From Cellvibrio sp. (GTDB lineage: Bacteria; Pseudomonadota; Gammaproteobacteria; Pseudomonadales; Cellvibrionaceae), in NCBI RefSeq assembly GCF_046347455.1, contig NZ_JAXMGC010000001.1, forward strand, positions 509,241 to 573,240: a stretch of 64,000 nt of DNA, given 5' to 3'. A program made the translations under genes and the position numbers. A model generated the notes under the pieces. The model was not told the DNA's origin, made no database searches, and saw only the letters and a list, made by a program, of their open reading frames with translations. Shown here one piece after another: positions 9,732 to 18,010 of this stretch. Positions within the stretch are counted from its first letter, which is position 1. Each line of letters opens with the position of its first letter.

Positions 9732-10010
9732 TCACTCACTATCAGGACTACTTGCGCACTTCTTGCTGCTGCACTCACTTTGGGGGGATGGGCAACAATG
9801 TTTCCTTGCTTGGTACTTGCGATAAAGTAGATATCCAAGGCCGAATAAAAAAAGTGGCAGAACGCATTTCAGTATCTCAGTTGTAGTGCTACTCAGTAAG
9901 AGCGTCAGTCCTGCACCTCCAACGAATAAGGAGTACAGGGGGACACTACAACAACCAACACAGGCGATAATCGCAGCAATGGTTAGCCATACAGACTTGG
10001 GCTTATTCAT
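9732..10010 (-). CDS. MerF-like two-TM metal transporter with vicinal cysteine pairs
   Basis: ATG 10010 is preceded by AAGGAG. 92 aa with two hydrophobic helices. There is a CC pair in TM1 (CVGCCS) and in the tail (RKHCCPSP), the same layout as MerF. It sits under a MerR-type promoter. Confidence 0.55.
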   Translation of the reverse strand: MNKPKSVWLTIAAIIACVGCCSVPLYSLFVGGAGLTLLLSSTTTEILKCVLPLFLFGLGYLLYRKYQARKHCCPSPQSECSSKKCASSPDSE

Positions 10011-10047
10011 ACAAAACTCCTTTGGGTTGTGTTTTACAGGTACATTA

Positions 10048-10078
10048 AGGATAAAATCTGTAGTAGCTACAGATGCAA
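10048..10078 (-). promoter_or_regulatory. MerR-type promoter: -35 TTGCAT, 19-bp spacer containing the dyad CTGTAG-N3-CTACAG, -10 TATCCT
   Basis: Read on the minus strand. -35 is at 10078-10073, the dyad at 10058-10072 and -10 at 10053-10048. An over-long 19-bp spacer carrying a dyad is the hallmark of MerR-family regulated promoters. Confidence 0.6.
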
Positions 10079-10101
10079 GCACTTTGCGGAGGGAAATTTA
10101 G

Positions 10102-10515
10102 ATGACAGGAATTGGCGCACTATCACGCGAGACTGGATGCCATATTGAGACTATCCGGTATTACGAAAAACTGGGCTTACTACCTGAGCCGCAACGCACT
10201 GGCGGAGGCCATCGCCTTTACACGAAAAAGCATGAGAAGCGACTAGGATTTATTTTAAAAGCCCGTGGGTTGGGCTTTACTCTGGATAACACTAGAGAAT
10301 TATTAAGCTTATCGGAAAACACCGAGCGATCATGTGCTGAGGCATTAGAGCTAGTAGAAGCCAATCTCACTACCGTAAACGAAAAACTGGCGGAACTTCA
10401 GCGCATTAAAGATTCATTATTGGCAATGGCGCAAAGCTGCAAATGCTGTTGTCCTGGCACCAAAGCTCCTGATTGCACTATTGTTGATACCCTCTACAAC
10501 AAACACAACGAATAA
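10102..10515 (+). CDS. MerR-family heavy-metal-responsive transcriptional regulator
   Basis: N-terminal [27 protein letters not shown], a coiled-coil dimerisation helix, and a C-terminal Cys cluster [13 protein letters not shown]. Confidence 0.85.
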   Translation: MTGIGALSRETGCHIETIRYYEKLGLLPEPQRTGGGHRLYTKKHEKRLGFILKARGLGFTLDNTRELLSLSENTERSCAEALELVEANLTTVNEKLAELQRIKDSLLAMAQSCKCCCPGTKAPDCTIVDTLYNKHNE

Positions 10516-10528
10516 TCTGAAGGCAGAT

Positions 10529-10858
10529 ATGATCAAAACAACATTATTATTTTTCGCTACTGCGTTGGCAGAAATTATCGGCTGTTTTCTACCTTATCTT
10601 TGGCTTCGTAAAGGTGGATCAATTTGGCTACTTCTGCCCGCAGCGGCAAGCCTAGCACTATTTGTGTGGTTGCTTACGTTACACCCCGCAGCAAGTGGGC
10701 GTGTGTATGCTGCCTATGGCGGTGTGTATGTTGCAACGGCGTTAGTGTGGCTGCGATTCGTGGATGGTGTAACTCTGTCAATTTACGATTGGATCGGAGC
10801 TGGTGTTGCCTTGTTAGGAATGGCGATTATTGTTGCTGGCTGGAAAAGCGTTCAATGA
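10529..10858 (+). CDS. ynfA: YnfA-family (UPF0060, SMR-like) small membrane protein
   Basis: [26 protein letters not shown]...[17 protein letters not shown] is closely similar, as far as I recall it, to enterobacterial YnfA. The 10481 start in the ORF track overlaps merR and is unlikely. Confidence 0.85.
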   Translation: MIKTTLLFFATALAEIIGCFLPYLWLRKGGSIWLLLPAAASLALFVWLLTLHPAASGRVYAAYGGVYVATALVWLRFVDGVTLSIYDWIGAGVALLGMAIIVAGWKSVQ

Positions 10859-11128
10859 AAATTATGCTGAATATATTTTTCAAACAGCTTTCATGGCGAT
10901 AAGCAAAATGCACTTTTTTTCACTAACAATAATTAATTAACGGTTTTTTCAATGAAACATTATTTGCCACTTATCGTCATTGCAATTGATTGATTTTCTA
11001 CAACGAATATTGCTTCGGGCGTCTTCAGTCAAAGACTAAGGTGCATGGACCAATCCTTGGCCCTTGTTGATTAGGTAGGTGCAAAAGGATTTCCGTTGAG
11101 CTCAAAGACTTCTAACTGGAGCCAGTTG

Positions 11129-11935
11129 TTATTTTTCAAAAGATAAATACAGCAAAAAGCCATTGTCATTTTTAGATGGTCCAAGGCCTATAGGAAAACT
11201 AAGTCCAGATACAATTTGTAATCCAGAGCTGAAATTTTTGGCGAAACGAAATCCTGGGTTTATAAATGCTGCACTTTCTGTAACTTTACCACCGTCTTCA
11301 TCAAATGCATCTGAACTCGTTTTAACGTATTCGAGCATCCAATTGAAGGTATTTGATTGTAGATAAATAATACTCGCACCGTAGTTGTAACCTGACAGAT
11401 TTTGTTTTGGGTGAAGGCCATCTTTTGCATTAGGTGTATAAGTTGTACCAAGGTTCCAGTGGGTTATCCATTTTTCATTAAGCAATAAACTAATCGGTAA
11501 ATTAACTTGATAACCTGTAGCGCCATTTCCCAAACCCTTTTCTTCATCACCAGTGGCAGCTATTAAAGTAATGCGAGGCGCAATAGCAAGTGTGTCATTC
11601 GCAACAAGCTGATACCGATAATTAATTAATACATCGCCGATACCTTTTTCTGAATTCGGATCACCAACACTGGCAACGGGTATTACATACGATAATTGAT
11701 GCGTTTGATTTGGAACGGCAATCTCTTGAGTAAACGTGTAAATCCATTCTTTTGTGTGGCGCGAATACTGATAGGCTTGAATGTACTGAACAACACCTTC
11801 TTCTTGATTGTAAGCTTCTTCAATAAGAAATGAATTGTCTGCAATAGGACCGGCTTCCTCTGCCTGTAGTTGGAGGCTCGCCACAAGAGTGCAAAGAAAG
11901 AAAATCCGAAACATGGAATAAATAAAACGGTTCAT
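11129..11935 (-). CDS. putative outer-membrane beta-barrel protein (MetA-pathway/transporter-like)
   Basis: N-terminal signal peptide (LVASLQLQA-EE), an alternating beta-strand pattern, and an aromatic-rich C-terminus (LLYLSFEK). Confidence 0.5.
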   Translation of the reverse strand: MNRFIYSMFRIFFLCTLVASLQLQAEEAGPIADNSFLIEEAYNQEEGVVQYIQAYQYSRHTKEWIYTFTQEIAVPNQTHQLSYVIPVASVGDPNSEKGIGDVLINYRYQLVANDTLAIAPRITLIAATGDEEKGLGNGATGYQVNLPISLLLNEKWITHWNLGTTYTPNAKDGLHPKQNLSGYNYGASIIYLQSNTFNWMLEYVKTSSDAFDEDGGKVTESAAFINPGFRFAKNFSSGLQIVSGLSFPIGLGPSKNDNGFLLYLSFEK

Positions 11936-12042
11936 GCAAAGCTCCTGTAAACTCTCCTAAAGTTGTTTTGAGCTTAGCACAAGATTCTAAAATCAAATTT
12001 ATCCGCTCTTTACAGTGAAAACAGTTCTAAAAATACAACTAT

Positions 12043-12471
12043 TTATCGCGATATATTTTTACCGTGAACACCATCTTTTTCTGAAAATTGCTCTTTATGG
12101 AAAGCCAATTTAACAGTTGCGCCTTGTGGAATTTCTGAGGGGAGATCTACTTTGAATTTAACGCCGGTTTGTACCCACTCATGATAAGCGTTGAGTGGTG
12201 GTCGATAAGTTCCAATAGCATCAAAAAGAAACGTTCCTGATGCATCATAAACACTGATATCAACGTGCCCTTTATCAAATTCAAGCTTACTAAATTTATG
12301 GAATAGAGAGCCTGATAAAGTTTCGTGACCATCCCGGTTAGATGCTATTAAGAACTTAAATTTAATATGATCTGTTTGTGCATTTAGTATTTCGTATTGA
12401 TAGTGTTGCTGCACACTAGCACATCCACTTACCCCTAGAATTACCGCGCTCAAAAAAATTTTTAGTTTCAT
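12043..12471 (-). CDS. lipoprotein, unknown function (weakly related to 17224-17622)
   Basis: Lipobox LGVSGC at residues 13-17. 142 aa. Confidence 0.6.
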   Translation of the reverse strand: MKLKIFLSAVILGVSGCASVQQHYQYEILNAQTDHIKFKFLIASNRDGHETLSGSLFHKFSKLEFDKGHVDISVYDASGTFLFDAIGTYRPPLNAYHEWVQTGVKFKVDLPSEIPQGATVKLAFHKEQFSEKDGVHGKNISR

Positions 12472-12647
12472 GTTAATTTCCTCTGCCGCTAGCGTGACGA
12501 TTTATCAATCTCATGAACTTAAATACAAAGGTGTGTAAATGTAGTTCTGCCAAAAAAGAATTGGATCGGTACAGAAGTTCAAAACACTTAGCTTAAACGT
12601 AATACATTTGGGTTTTGGAAGACCAAGTATTTAGCTAGCCGTAATAA

Positions 12648-12938
12648 TTAAATTGGCTTACCACAACCTGAACAAAACTTCGCTCCCGCTTGAACTTGAG
12701 AATTGCAGGATGCACAGATTTTTTCACCAAGACCGGTACCACATTGCTGGCAAAAGCGTGAATTGGGAGAGTTGATACTATTACACGAAGGGCAAGCGAC
12801 CCCATTTGGCCCTTGAGTGGTGGGCGGATAATTGGAGGGTCCATAATTGCCGCCATGATGCCCACGCCCATGAGATCCTCCATGACCACCACCGTGATGT
12901 CCACCTAAATTATTAAAAAGATTTTTAAAAAAACTCAT
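12648..12938 (-). CDS. Gly/His-rich double zinc-ribbon protein
   Basis: ATG 12938 follows a GAGG motif. N-terminus GGHHGGGHGGSHGRGHHGG, followed by two CxxC...CxxC ribbons (CPSCN..CQQCG and CASCN..CSGCG). Confidence 0.6.
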   Translation of the reverse strand: MSFFKNLFNNLGGHHGGGHGGSHGRGHHGGNYGPSNYPPTTQGPNGVACPSCNSINSPNSRFCQQCGTGLGEKICASCNSQVQAGAKFCSGCGKPI

Positions 12939-13001
12939 GAGATTGCCTCGTATTGGTTGAATGGCACATACCATCAATTTAAATAACATTTTTGTGAAAA
13001 T

Positions 13002-14378
13002 TTAGCTCGTTAAATGGCCTTTATTCATTACACCATCAAAATGTTCTGACGCAGAAAAAATTACCCACACAGTAAGCCCAGTTTTAGCTACTTCATCCGT
13101 ATATTTAATTTGAATATTTGCACGATTACGTATAACGATGTTCTTTACTATCGATAATCCCAATCCCGTACCAGTTTGCCCATTTCCAGGGATTCGGTAA
13201 TAAGGTTCAAACACCTTTTCTCGTTCTGTTTCAGCGATTCCAGGACCATTATCGCTAACTTCTATAATGTATTGGCCATACCAATAAAATATAGAAAGTT
13301 TAATTTTTCCATTTTGCGGAGTAAAACGGATTGCATTATCTACCAAGTTTTTTACTAAAAGCAGAAGGTCGAGTTCAGAAACATCTATTAAAATATCATC
13401 GTATCCAATCACACTAATCTTTATATTTTTTTCCTCTGCCAACGGAATCATGTCTTCAATAACCCTGCGAAATATTGACAATACCGCAACACTTTTGCCT
13501 TTTGGTTGGTCAGAATCATGAAGGCGAGCATAGGTTATGAGTTGATTTTGAAAATCTGAAGCGCGTTTTATTCTTGCCTTTAAAGAAATTACTTTTCTTT
13601 TAGATACCTCAGACAATTCTTCAGAATCTAAATGATCTACCTGAATCATCACGGAAGCTAAAGATGATCGCAACTCATGTGCAGCATCTGCCACAAATCG
13701 CCGTTGGGCGGAAATCGTATTGGAAACTTTCACCAATACTTGATTGACTGAATACACAAAGGGTCTGACCTCTTCAGGAACCTGGGTATCTACAATAGGT
13801 TTTACTCCTTTTTCCACACTGTCTCGCACATCATTTGCCATTTGCTTTATTGTTTTAAATCTTCCCTTAATGAAGACGTATAGGAAAAAGATCGAAAATG
13901 GCAACGCAGCGAGAACTGATAAAAAAGTCCGTATGGCCTCCCTAAAGGCAATTTTATGAATGAAATTTGCTTTTTGAAAAATGGCGAGTTTTATTTCAGG
14001 CGAAAATGTTTTCACATACATTCTGAAAGGTGTTCCATGGATTGTCAGTGCTTGAAGTCCATCAGAAAGGTTTGTGGGTAGGTAAGGTTCGGCTCGTTGA
14101 AACACTCGATTAGGGTCTAGCTGCTGAACAATTATTTTGTCATCAAGCTGTTCTCTAGCAACCTTTTTTAAAACTTCAGATGAGTCTTCTGTAATGCTTT
14201 TTGGATCTAATGATTGGGCAATATGTGTTAAATGATGATTTTGAGCTTCCAAGGCATTCTCAAGTTCTGCCGAATAAGACATATAAGCAGTCACTAGCGC
14301 TATCAACAAAATAATTGCTGACAAACATATAGCCAATTGATGATGAAGTGATTGTATTAAAAAAAATCGAAAATTCAT
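13002..14378 (-). CDS. two-component sensor histidine kinase with no adjacent response regulator
   Basis: Two TM segments flank a periplasmic loop. H-box AAHELRSSL, N box LVDNAIRFTP, G boxes DNGPGI and GTGLGLSIV. Confidence 0.85.
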   Translation of the reverse strand: MNFRFFLIQSLHHQLAICLSAIILLIALVTAYMSYSAELENALEAQNHHLTHIAQSLDPKSITEDSSEVLKKVAREQLDDKIIVQQLDPNRVFQRAEPYLPTNLSDGLQALTIHGTPFRMYVKTFSPEIKLAIFQKANFIHKIAFREAIRTFLSVLAALPFSIFFLYVFIKGRFKTIKQMANDVRDSVEKGVKPIVDTQVPEEVRPFVYSVNQVLVKVSNTISAQRRFVADAAHELRSSLASVMIQVDHLDSEELSEVSKRKVISLKARIKRASDFQNQLITYARLHDSDQPKGKSVAVLSIFRRVIEDMIPLAEEKNIKISVIGYDDILIDVSELDLLLLVKNLVDNAIRFTPQNGKIKLSIFYWYGQYIIEVSDNGPGIAETEREKVFEPYYRIPGNGQTGTGLGLSIVKNIVIRNRANIQIKYTDEVAKTGLTVWVIFSASEHFDGVMNKGHLTS

Positions 14379-14449
14379 GTTTATCTCTGCATGAAAATAA
14401 TTCGGTTGCTTACTGCTTAAAACGAAGGACTGTTCTTCATTGAAAATCG

Positions 14450-14845
14450 TTAATCGCCACGAATGGCTGTCTTTAAACTTTTAAATTCATCGTTTAAAAA
14501 TTCAAAGCTCGCTTGAAGAGCCAACGCGTTTTTCATATATTCGGCGTGCTCGATTTGATCCTCAACAGTATTTCCATCAATGGATGCCTGCTGTGGTGTG
14601 CGATACAACAGCTGACTCTCTGATCCACTTTCTGTTTCAATTTCAAAATGACGTGGATTGGTTTGGGCAGCAGACATTCTGCTTTCGACTTCCTGCCTGA
14701 GAATACTTTTAAAATCCAAATCTCTTGCTTTGAAATTGGGTGTATCAATATTGGCCAAATTATCGGCTAACACTGCCGCTCGCTGACCGCGCAAACGCAA
14801 CGCTCTTTCGTGCAACCCTAACGCTGATTCAAATGAAATTGTCAT
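14450..14845 (-). CDS. flgB: flagellar basal-body rod protein FlgB, full length and out of flagellar context
   Basis: The N-terminus (MTISFESALGLHERALRLRGQRAAVLADNLANIDTPNFKARD) and the C-terminus (DGNTVEDQIEHAEYMKNALALQASFEFLN) match the FlgB pattern. No flgC follows. Confidence 0.8.
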   Translation of the reverse strand: MTISFESALGLHERALRLRGQRAAVLADNLANIDTPNFKARDLDFKSILRQEVESRMSAAQTNPRHFEIETESGSESQLLYRTPQQASIDGNTVEDQIEHAEYMKNALALQASFEFLNDEFKSLKTAIRGD

Positions 14846-14875
14846 TTTAGTTATCCCATTAATTGGATAATTTAA

Positions 14876-15085
14876 TCAAAGCTTGTTAATACCATCCTGA
14901 GTTTTTTGCTCTACACGTTTTGCATGGTGATGATGGTGATGAGCCTTAGGGTCAGCGGTAATCACCCTGTATAGATCAATCAAAAACATACACAATAAAA
15001 CGGCGAGAACGAATAAAACGGGTTTGGTCTTAAATACGCTTTTTTCTACAGGCTTTGTAGATAATTTTTTTCGGGTGGATCTCAT
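14876..15085 (-). CDS. small single-TM protein with an HHHHHH tract
   Basis: 69-aa ORF between the ATPase and flgB on the same strand. It has a basic N-terminus, one hydrophobic helix, then PKAHHHHHHAK. Confidence 0.4.
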   Translation of the reverse strand: MRSTRKKLSTKPVEKSVFKTKPVLFVLAVLLCMFLIDLYRVITADPKAHHHHHHAKRVEQKTQDGINKL

Positions 15086-15163
15086 AAACTCAGCCTTAAC
15101 GCAGCAACTTCACGCACGTTATTGAAAGTTTTGTATGAGACATATCAGCACTAACGCCTTGAA

Positions 15164-17209
15164 CTAAAATCGCATCCGCTGAATGCGGACAGCGTTTATA
15201 ATTGCCAGAAGCGCAACGCCAACATCAGCAAATACCGCTTCCCACATAGTGGCTAAACCACCTGCACCTAAAATCAGGACGATTGCTTTTACCGCAAACG
15301 CTAAAATAATGTTTTGCCACACAATTTTTTTCGTTTGTTTCCCAATATTGATGGACATTGCAATTTTGCTCGGCCTATCGTCCTGAATAACTACGTCTGC
15401 TGTTTCAATGGTGGCGTCACTACCTAAGCCACCCATTGCAATACCGACATCACTCAGCGCGACTACGGGTGCATCATTGACACCATCACCTACAAATGCG
15501 ACGGTTTGGCTTTGCGATTTTGCCTCTTCAACTTTTTTAACTTTATCTTCCGGAAGCAAATCACCAAACGAATTTTCGATGCCTAATTTGTCTGCAACAA
15601 ATTTCACTACCGAACTTTTGTCGCCACTCAACATGGTTACTTTCACGCCCATGCCTTTTAATGCATCAATCGTTGCCTGCGCATCTTCTTTGATGCTATC
15701 TGCAATAGTTAGATAGCCTGCAAATTTTCTGTCGAAGGCGATGGCAATAGTTGTATAAACAATGGAGTTGGGATCAACATCGTAAGCAATATTGAATTTA
15801 TCAAGCAGCTTAAAATTCCCTACAAGGAGCTCTTTACCGTTAATGCTTGCTTTTAATCCGTGTCCTGATATTTCCTCAACATTTTGCAAATCGATACTGC
15901 TATCTATATCACCTACAAAATTATGAATAGCGGTCGCAACCGGGTGTGTGCTTTGGCTTTCTAATTTGTTCACCCATTTCAAAACATCGTCTTTGTTAAA
16001 GTTAGGTTTTAAATTAACGTCCTGAACTTTAAAAACACCTTCTGTCATGGTGCCGGTCTTATCCATAACCACATGCTTAATATCAGCAATAGTGTCCAGG
16101 AAATTACTGCCTTTAAATAAAATTCCATTTTTACTGGCCGCGCCTATGCCTCCGAAATATCCCAGGGGGATACTGATAACTAATGCACAAGGACAAGAGA
16201 TAACGAGAAAAATGAGTGCACGATACAACCACTGACTGAAGACATACTGATCTATAAAAAAGTACGGCAGCAGGCAAATTGCAAGCGCGAGCGCTACAAC
16301 AATAGGAGTATATATTTTTGCGAATTTTCGAATAAATAATTCTGTAGGCGCTTTCTGTGTGGAGGCGTTTTGTACCAGTTCAAGAATTTTAGATAGCTTA
16401 CTATCTTTATAATCCGCTGTGACCTTTACGAGCGACACCATATTTAAGTTAATCATTCCTGCAAGAACAGTTTCACCTTTTGTCTTGGCATCTGGTTTAC
16501 TTTCGCCCGTCAGGGCGGCAGTGTTGAAAGAAGCGGTTTCGGATAAAAGCTCTCCATCTAATCCCAGCTTTTCACCCGCCTTCAGTTGGATTTTATCGCC
16601 GATTTTTACATCTTCTGCCCGGCGTACAACTGCTTGGTTATTTTCTAAAATGGTGACTTCATCAGGACGTTGATCAAGTAAGGTTTTAATATTTAATTTT
16701 GCGCGCTTCACGGCGAGTGTTTGGAATACCTCACCCACCGAATAAAACAGCATCACCGCAACACCTTCAGGATATTGACCAATGGCAAATGCCCCTAGGG
16801 TTGCAATACTCATAAGTAGAAATTCAGAAAACACTTCTCCGTTGCGAATACTTTCAATGGCTTCCTTCAACACCGGCAAACCAACAGGCAAATAAGCGGC
16901 TAGATACCAAATAACGCGCAGCCAGCCCGTAAACCAGGATTGATTCACATAGCTATCAAGAATCAGAGCAACAATAAGTGTTATAAAACTTATTGCCGGA
17001 AATACGAACATACTTGCAGTGCTGTCATTTCCACCTGAATGATCATGTCCGTCATCATGCGAATGCTCATGATCGTGATCATGGCTATCACCCTTGGATG
17101 ATTCATTTTCGTGCTTTTTTATAGACACATTTGCATGATGATTAATTTTCTCTTCTTCTGTACAACAAATCTGTTTACCGTTACGATCATAAATATGCTG
17201 ATGTTCCAC
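15164..17209 (-). CDS. heavy-metal translocating P1B-type ATPase (Zn/Cd/Pb-type, CPC motif, His-rich N-terminus)
   Basis: DKTGT, SCPCALV and VGDGVNDAP motifs. The N-terminus is HDHDHEHSHDDGHDH rather than a CxxC HMA domain. Confidence 0.9.
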   Translation of the reverse strand: MEHQHIYDRNGKQICCTEEEKINHHANVSIKKHENESSKGDSHDHDHEHSHDDGHDHSGGNDSTASMFVFPAISFITLIVALILDSYVNQSWFTGWLRVIWYLAAYLPVGLPVLKEAIESIRNGEVFSEFLLMSIATLGAFAIGQYPEGVAVMLFYSVGEVFQTLAVKRAKLNIKTLLDQRPDEVTILENNQAVVRRAEDVKIGDKIQLKAGEKLGLDGELLSETASFNTAALTGESKPDAKTKGETVLAGMINLNMVSLVKVTADYKDSKLSKILELVQNASTQKAPTELFIRKFAKIYTPIVVALALAICLLPYFFIDQYVFSQWLYRALIFLVISCPCALVISIPLGYFGGIGAASKNGILFKGSNFLDTIADIKHVVMDKTGTMTEGVFKVQDVNLKPNFNKDDVLKWVNKLESQSTHPVATAIHNFVGDIDSSIDLQNVEEISGHGLKASINGKELLVGNFKLLDKFNIAYDVDPNSIVYTTIAIAFDRKFAGYLTIADSIKEDAQATIDALKGMGVKVTMLSGDKSSVVKFVADKLGIENSFGDLLPEDKVKKVEEAKSQSQTVAFVGDGVNDAPVVALSDVGIAMGGLGSDATIETADVVIQDDRPSKIAMSINIGKQTKKIVWQNIILAFAVKAIVLILGAGGLATMWEAVFADVGVALLAIINAVRIQRMRF

Positions 17210-17223
17210 TTTACGCTCCTTAC

Positions 17224-17622
17224 TTATATGCTATTTTCGTGGTAGCTAAATTGAATGTGTAACGGTTGCGGCTCTATACCATCAATTTTCACTGAGAAGA
17301 GACCTGTACGATTCTCCTTTGGCCTTAAATACAATTCACGAGGCGAGTACTCTGGGGATACAGCTTTCAAGACAACGTTTTGTTGATTAGTTATCAAAAT
17401 ATTAATATGGCCACTGGCCACATGTCCTGCAATTCTGGCTAACTGAATTCCACCCTCAATAAGTAAAGTGTTCTTATCAAAGCTTACTTTTGAGTAAGTC
17501 AGATTCAAATTGTGATTTTTAAAATCATCTGCGTAGATCGTGTGATACGAAGGTGTTGATGCGCATCCAGTTATCAAAATTAACAAGATGCCAATGCCCG
17601 CACTACGAATTAAGAGCTTCAT
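17224..17622 (-). CDS. lipoprotein, unknown function (weakly related to 12043-12471)
   Basis: ATG 17622 follows an AGGAG motif. Lipobox LITGC. The 17688 start in the ORF track overlaps the PII-like gene. Confidence 0.6.
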   Translation of the reverse strand: MKLLIRSAGIGILLILITGCASTPSYHTIYADDFKNHNLNLTYSKVSFDKNTLLIEGGIQLARIAGHVASGHINILITNQQNVVLKAVSPEYSPRELYLRPKENRTGLFSVKIDGIEPQPLHIQFSYHENSI

Positions 17623-17630
17623 AGGGGCTC

Positions 17631-17951
17631 CTATAGCAACGGACCGCCAATGGGTAACGCTTGCTCTATGGCGCTGACATACACCCAACCAGAAATTTCC
17701 TCACCGATTTTTCCAGCATCGCGAATAGTCGTTGTGATGCTTTCAACTTCAGCGTCATTACACGCAATGGATAGTTTCGCTTCTGAAATGACTAACCTTG
17801 CTTCTGCCGAATAAACTCTTTCGAATTCATCGAGTGGTGACAATGTGCCTCGAACGTCTTGCAGAATGAGATTTCGATAACCCGCATCGTTTAATGCGTC
17901 AACAACATTGTTGACTCTTACATGGTGTAAAAATGCTGTAATTAATTTCAT
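17631..17951 (-). CDS. PII-like (GlnB-superfamily) small signalling protein linked to RND efflux genes
   Basis: 106 aa. MKLITAFLHHVRVNNVVDALNDAGYRNLILQDVRG follows the PII beta-alpha-beta start. It lies 60 nt downstream of czcA. Confidence 0.6.
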   Translation of the reverse strand: MKLITAFLHHVRVNNVVDALNDAGYRNLILQDVRGTLSPLDEFERVYSAEARLVISEAKLSIACNDAEVESITTTIRDAGKIGEEISGWVYVSAIEQALPIGGPLL

Positions 17952-18010
17952 GATGTATCACCTCATAAGACAGCTGTTTACGAATCGATAAACAGCTGTC
18001 GTTGCGTTAA

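Noticed and set aside
14450-14845. Possibility that the island flgB is a pseudogene fragment.
   Set aside because: The ORF is full length for FlgB (131 aa), with both conserved termini intact and no frameshift or internal stop. I therefore call it an intact CDS. Whether it is expressed is unknown.
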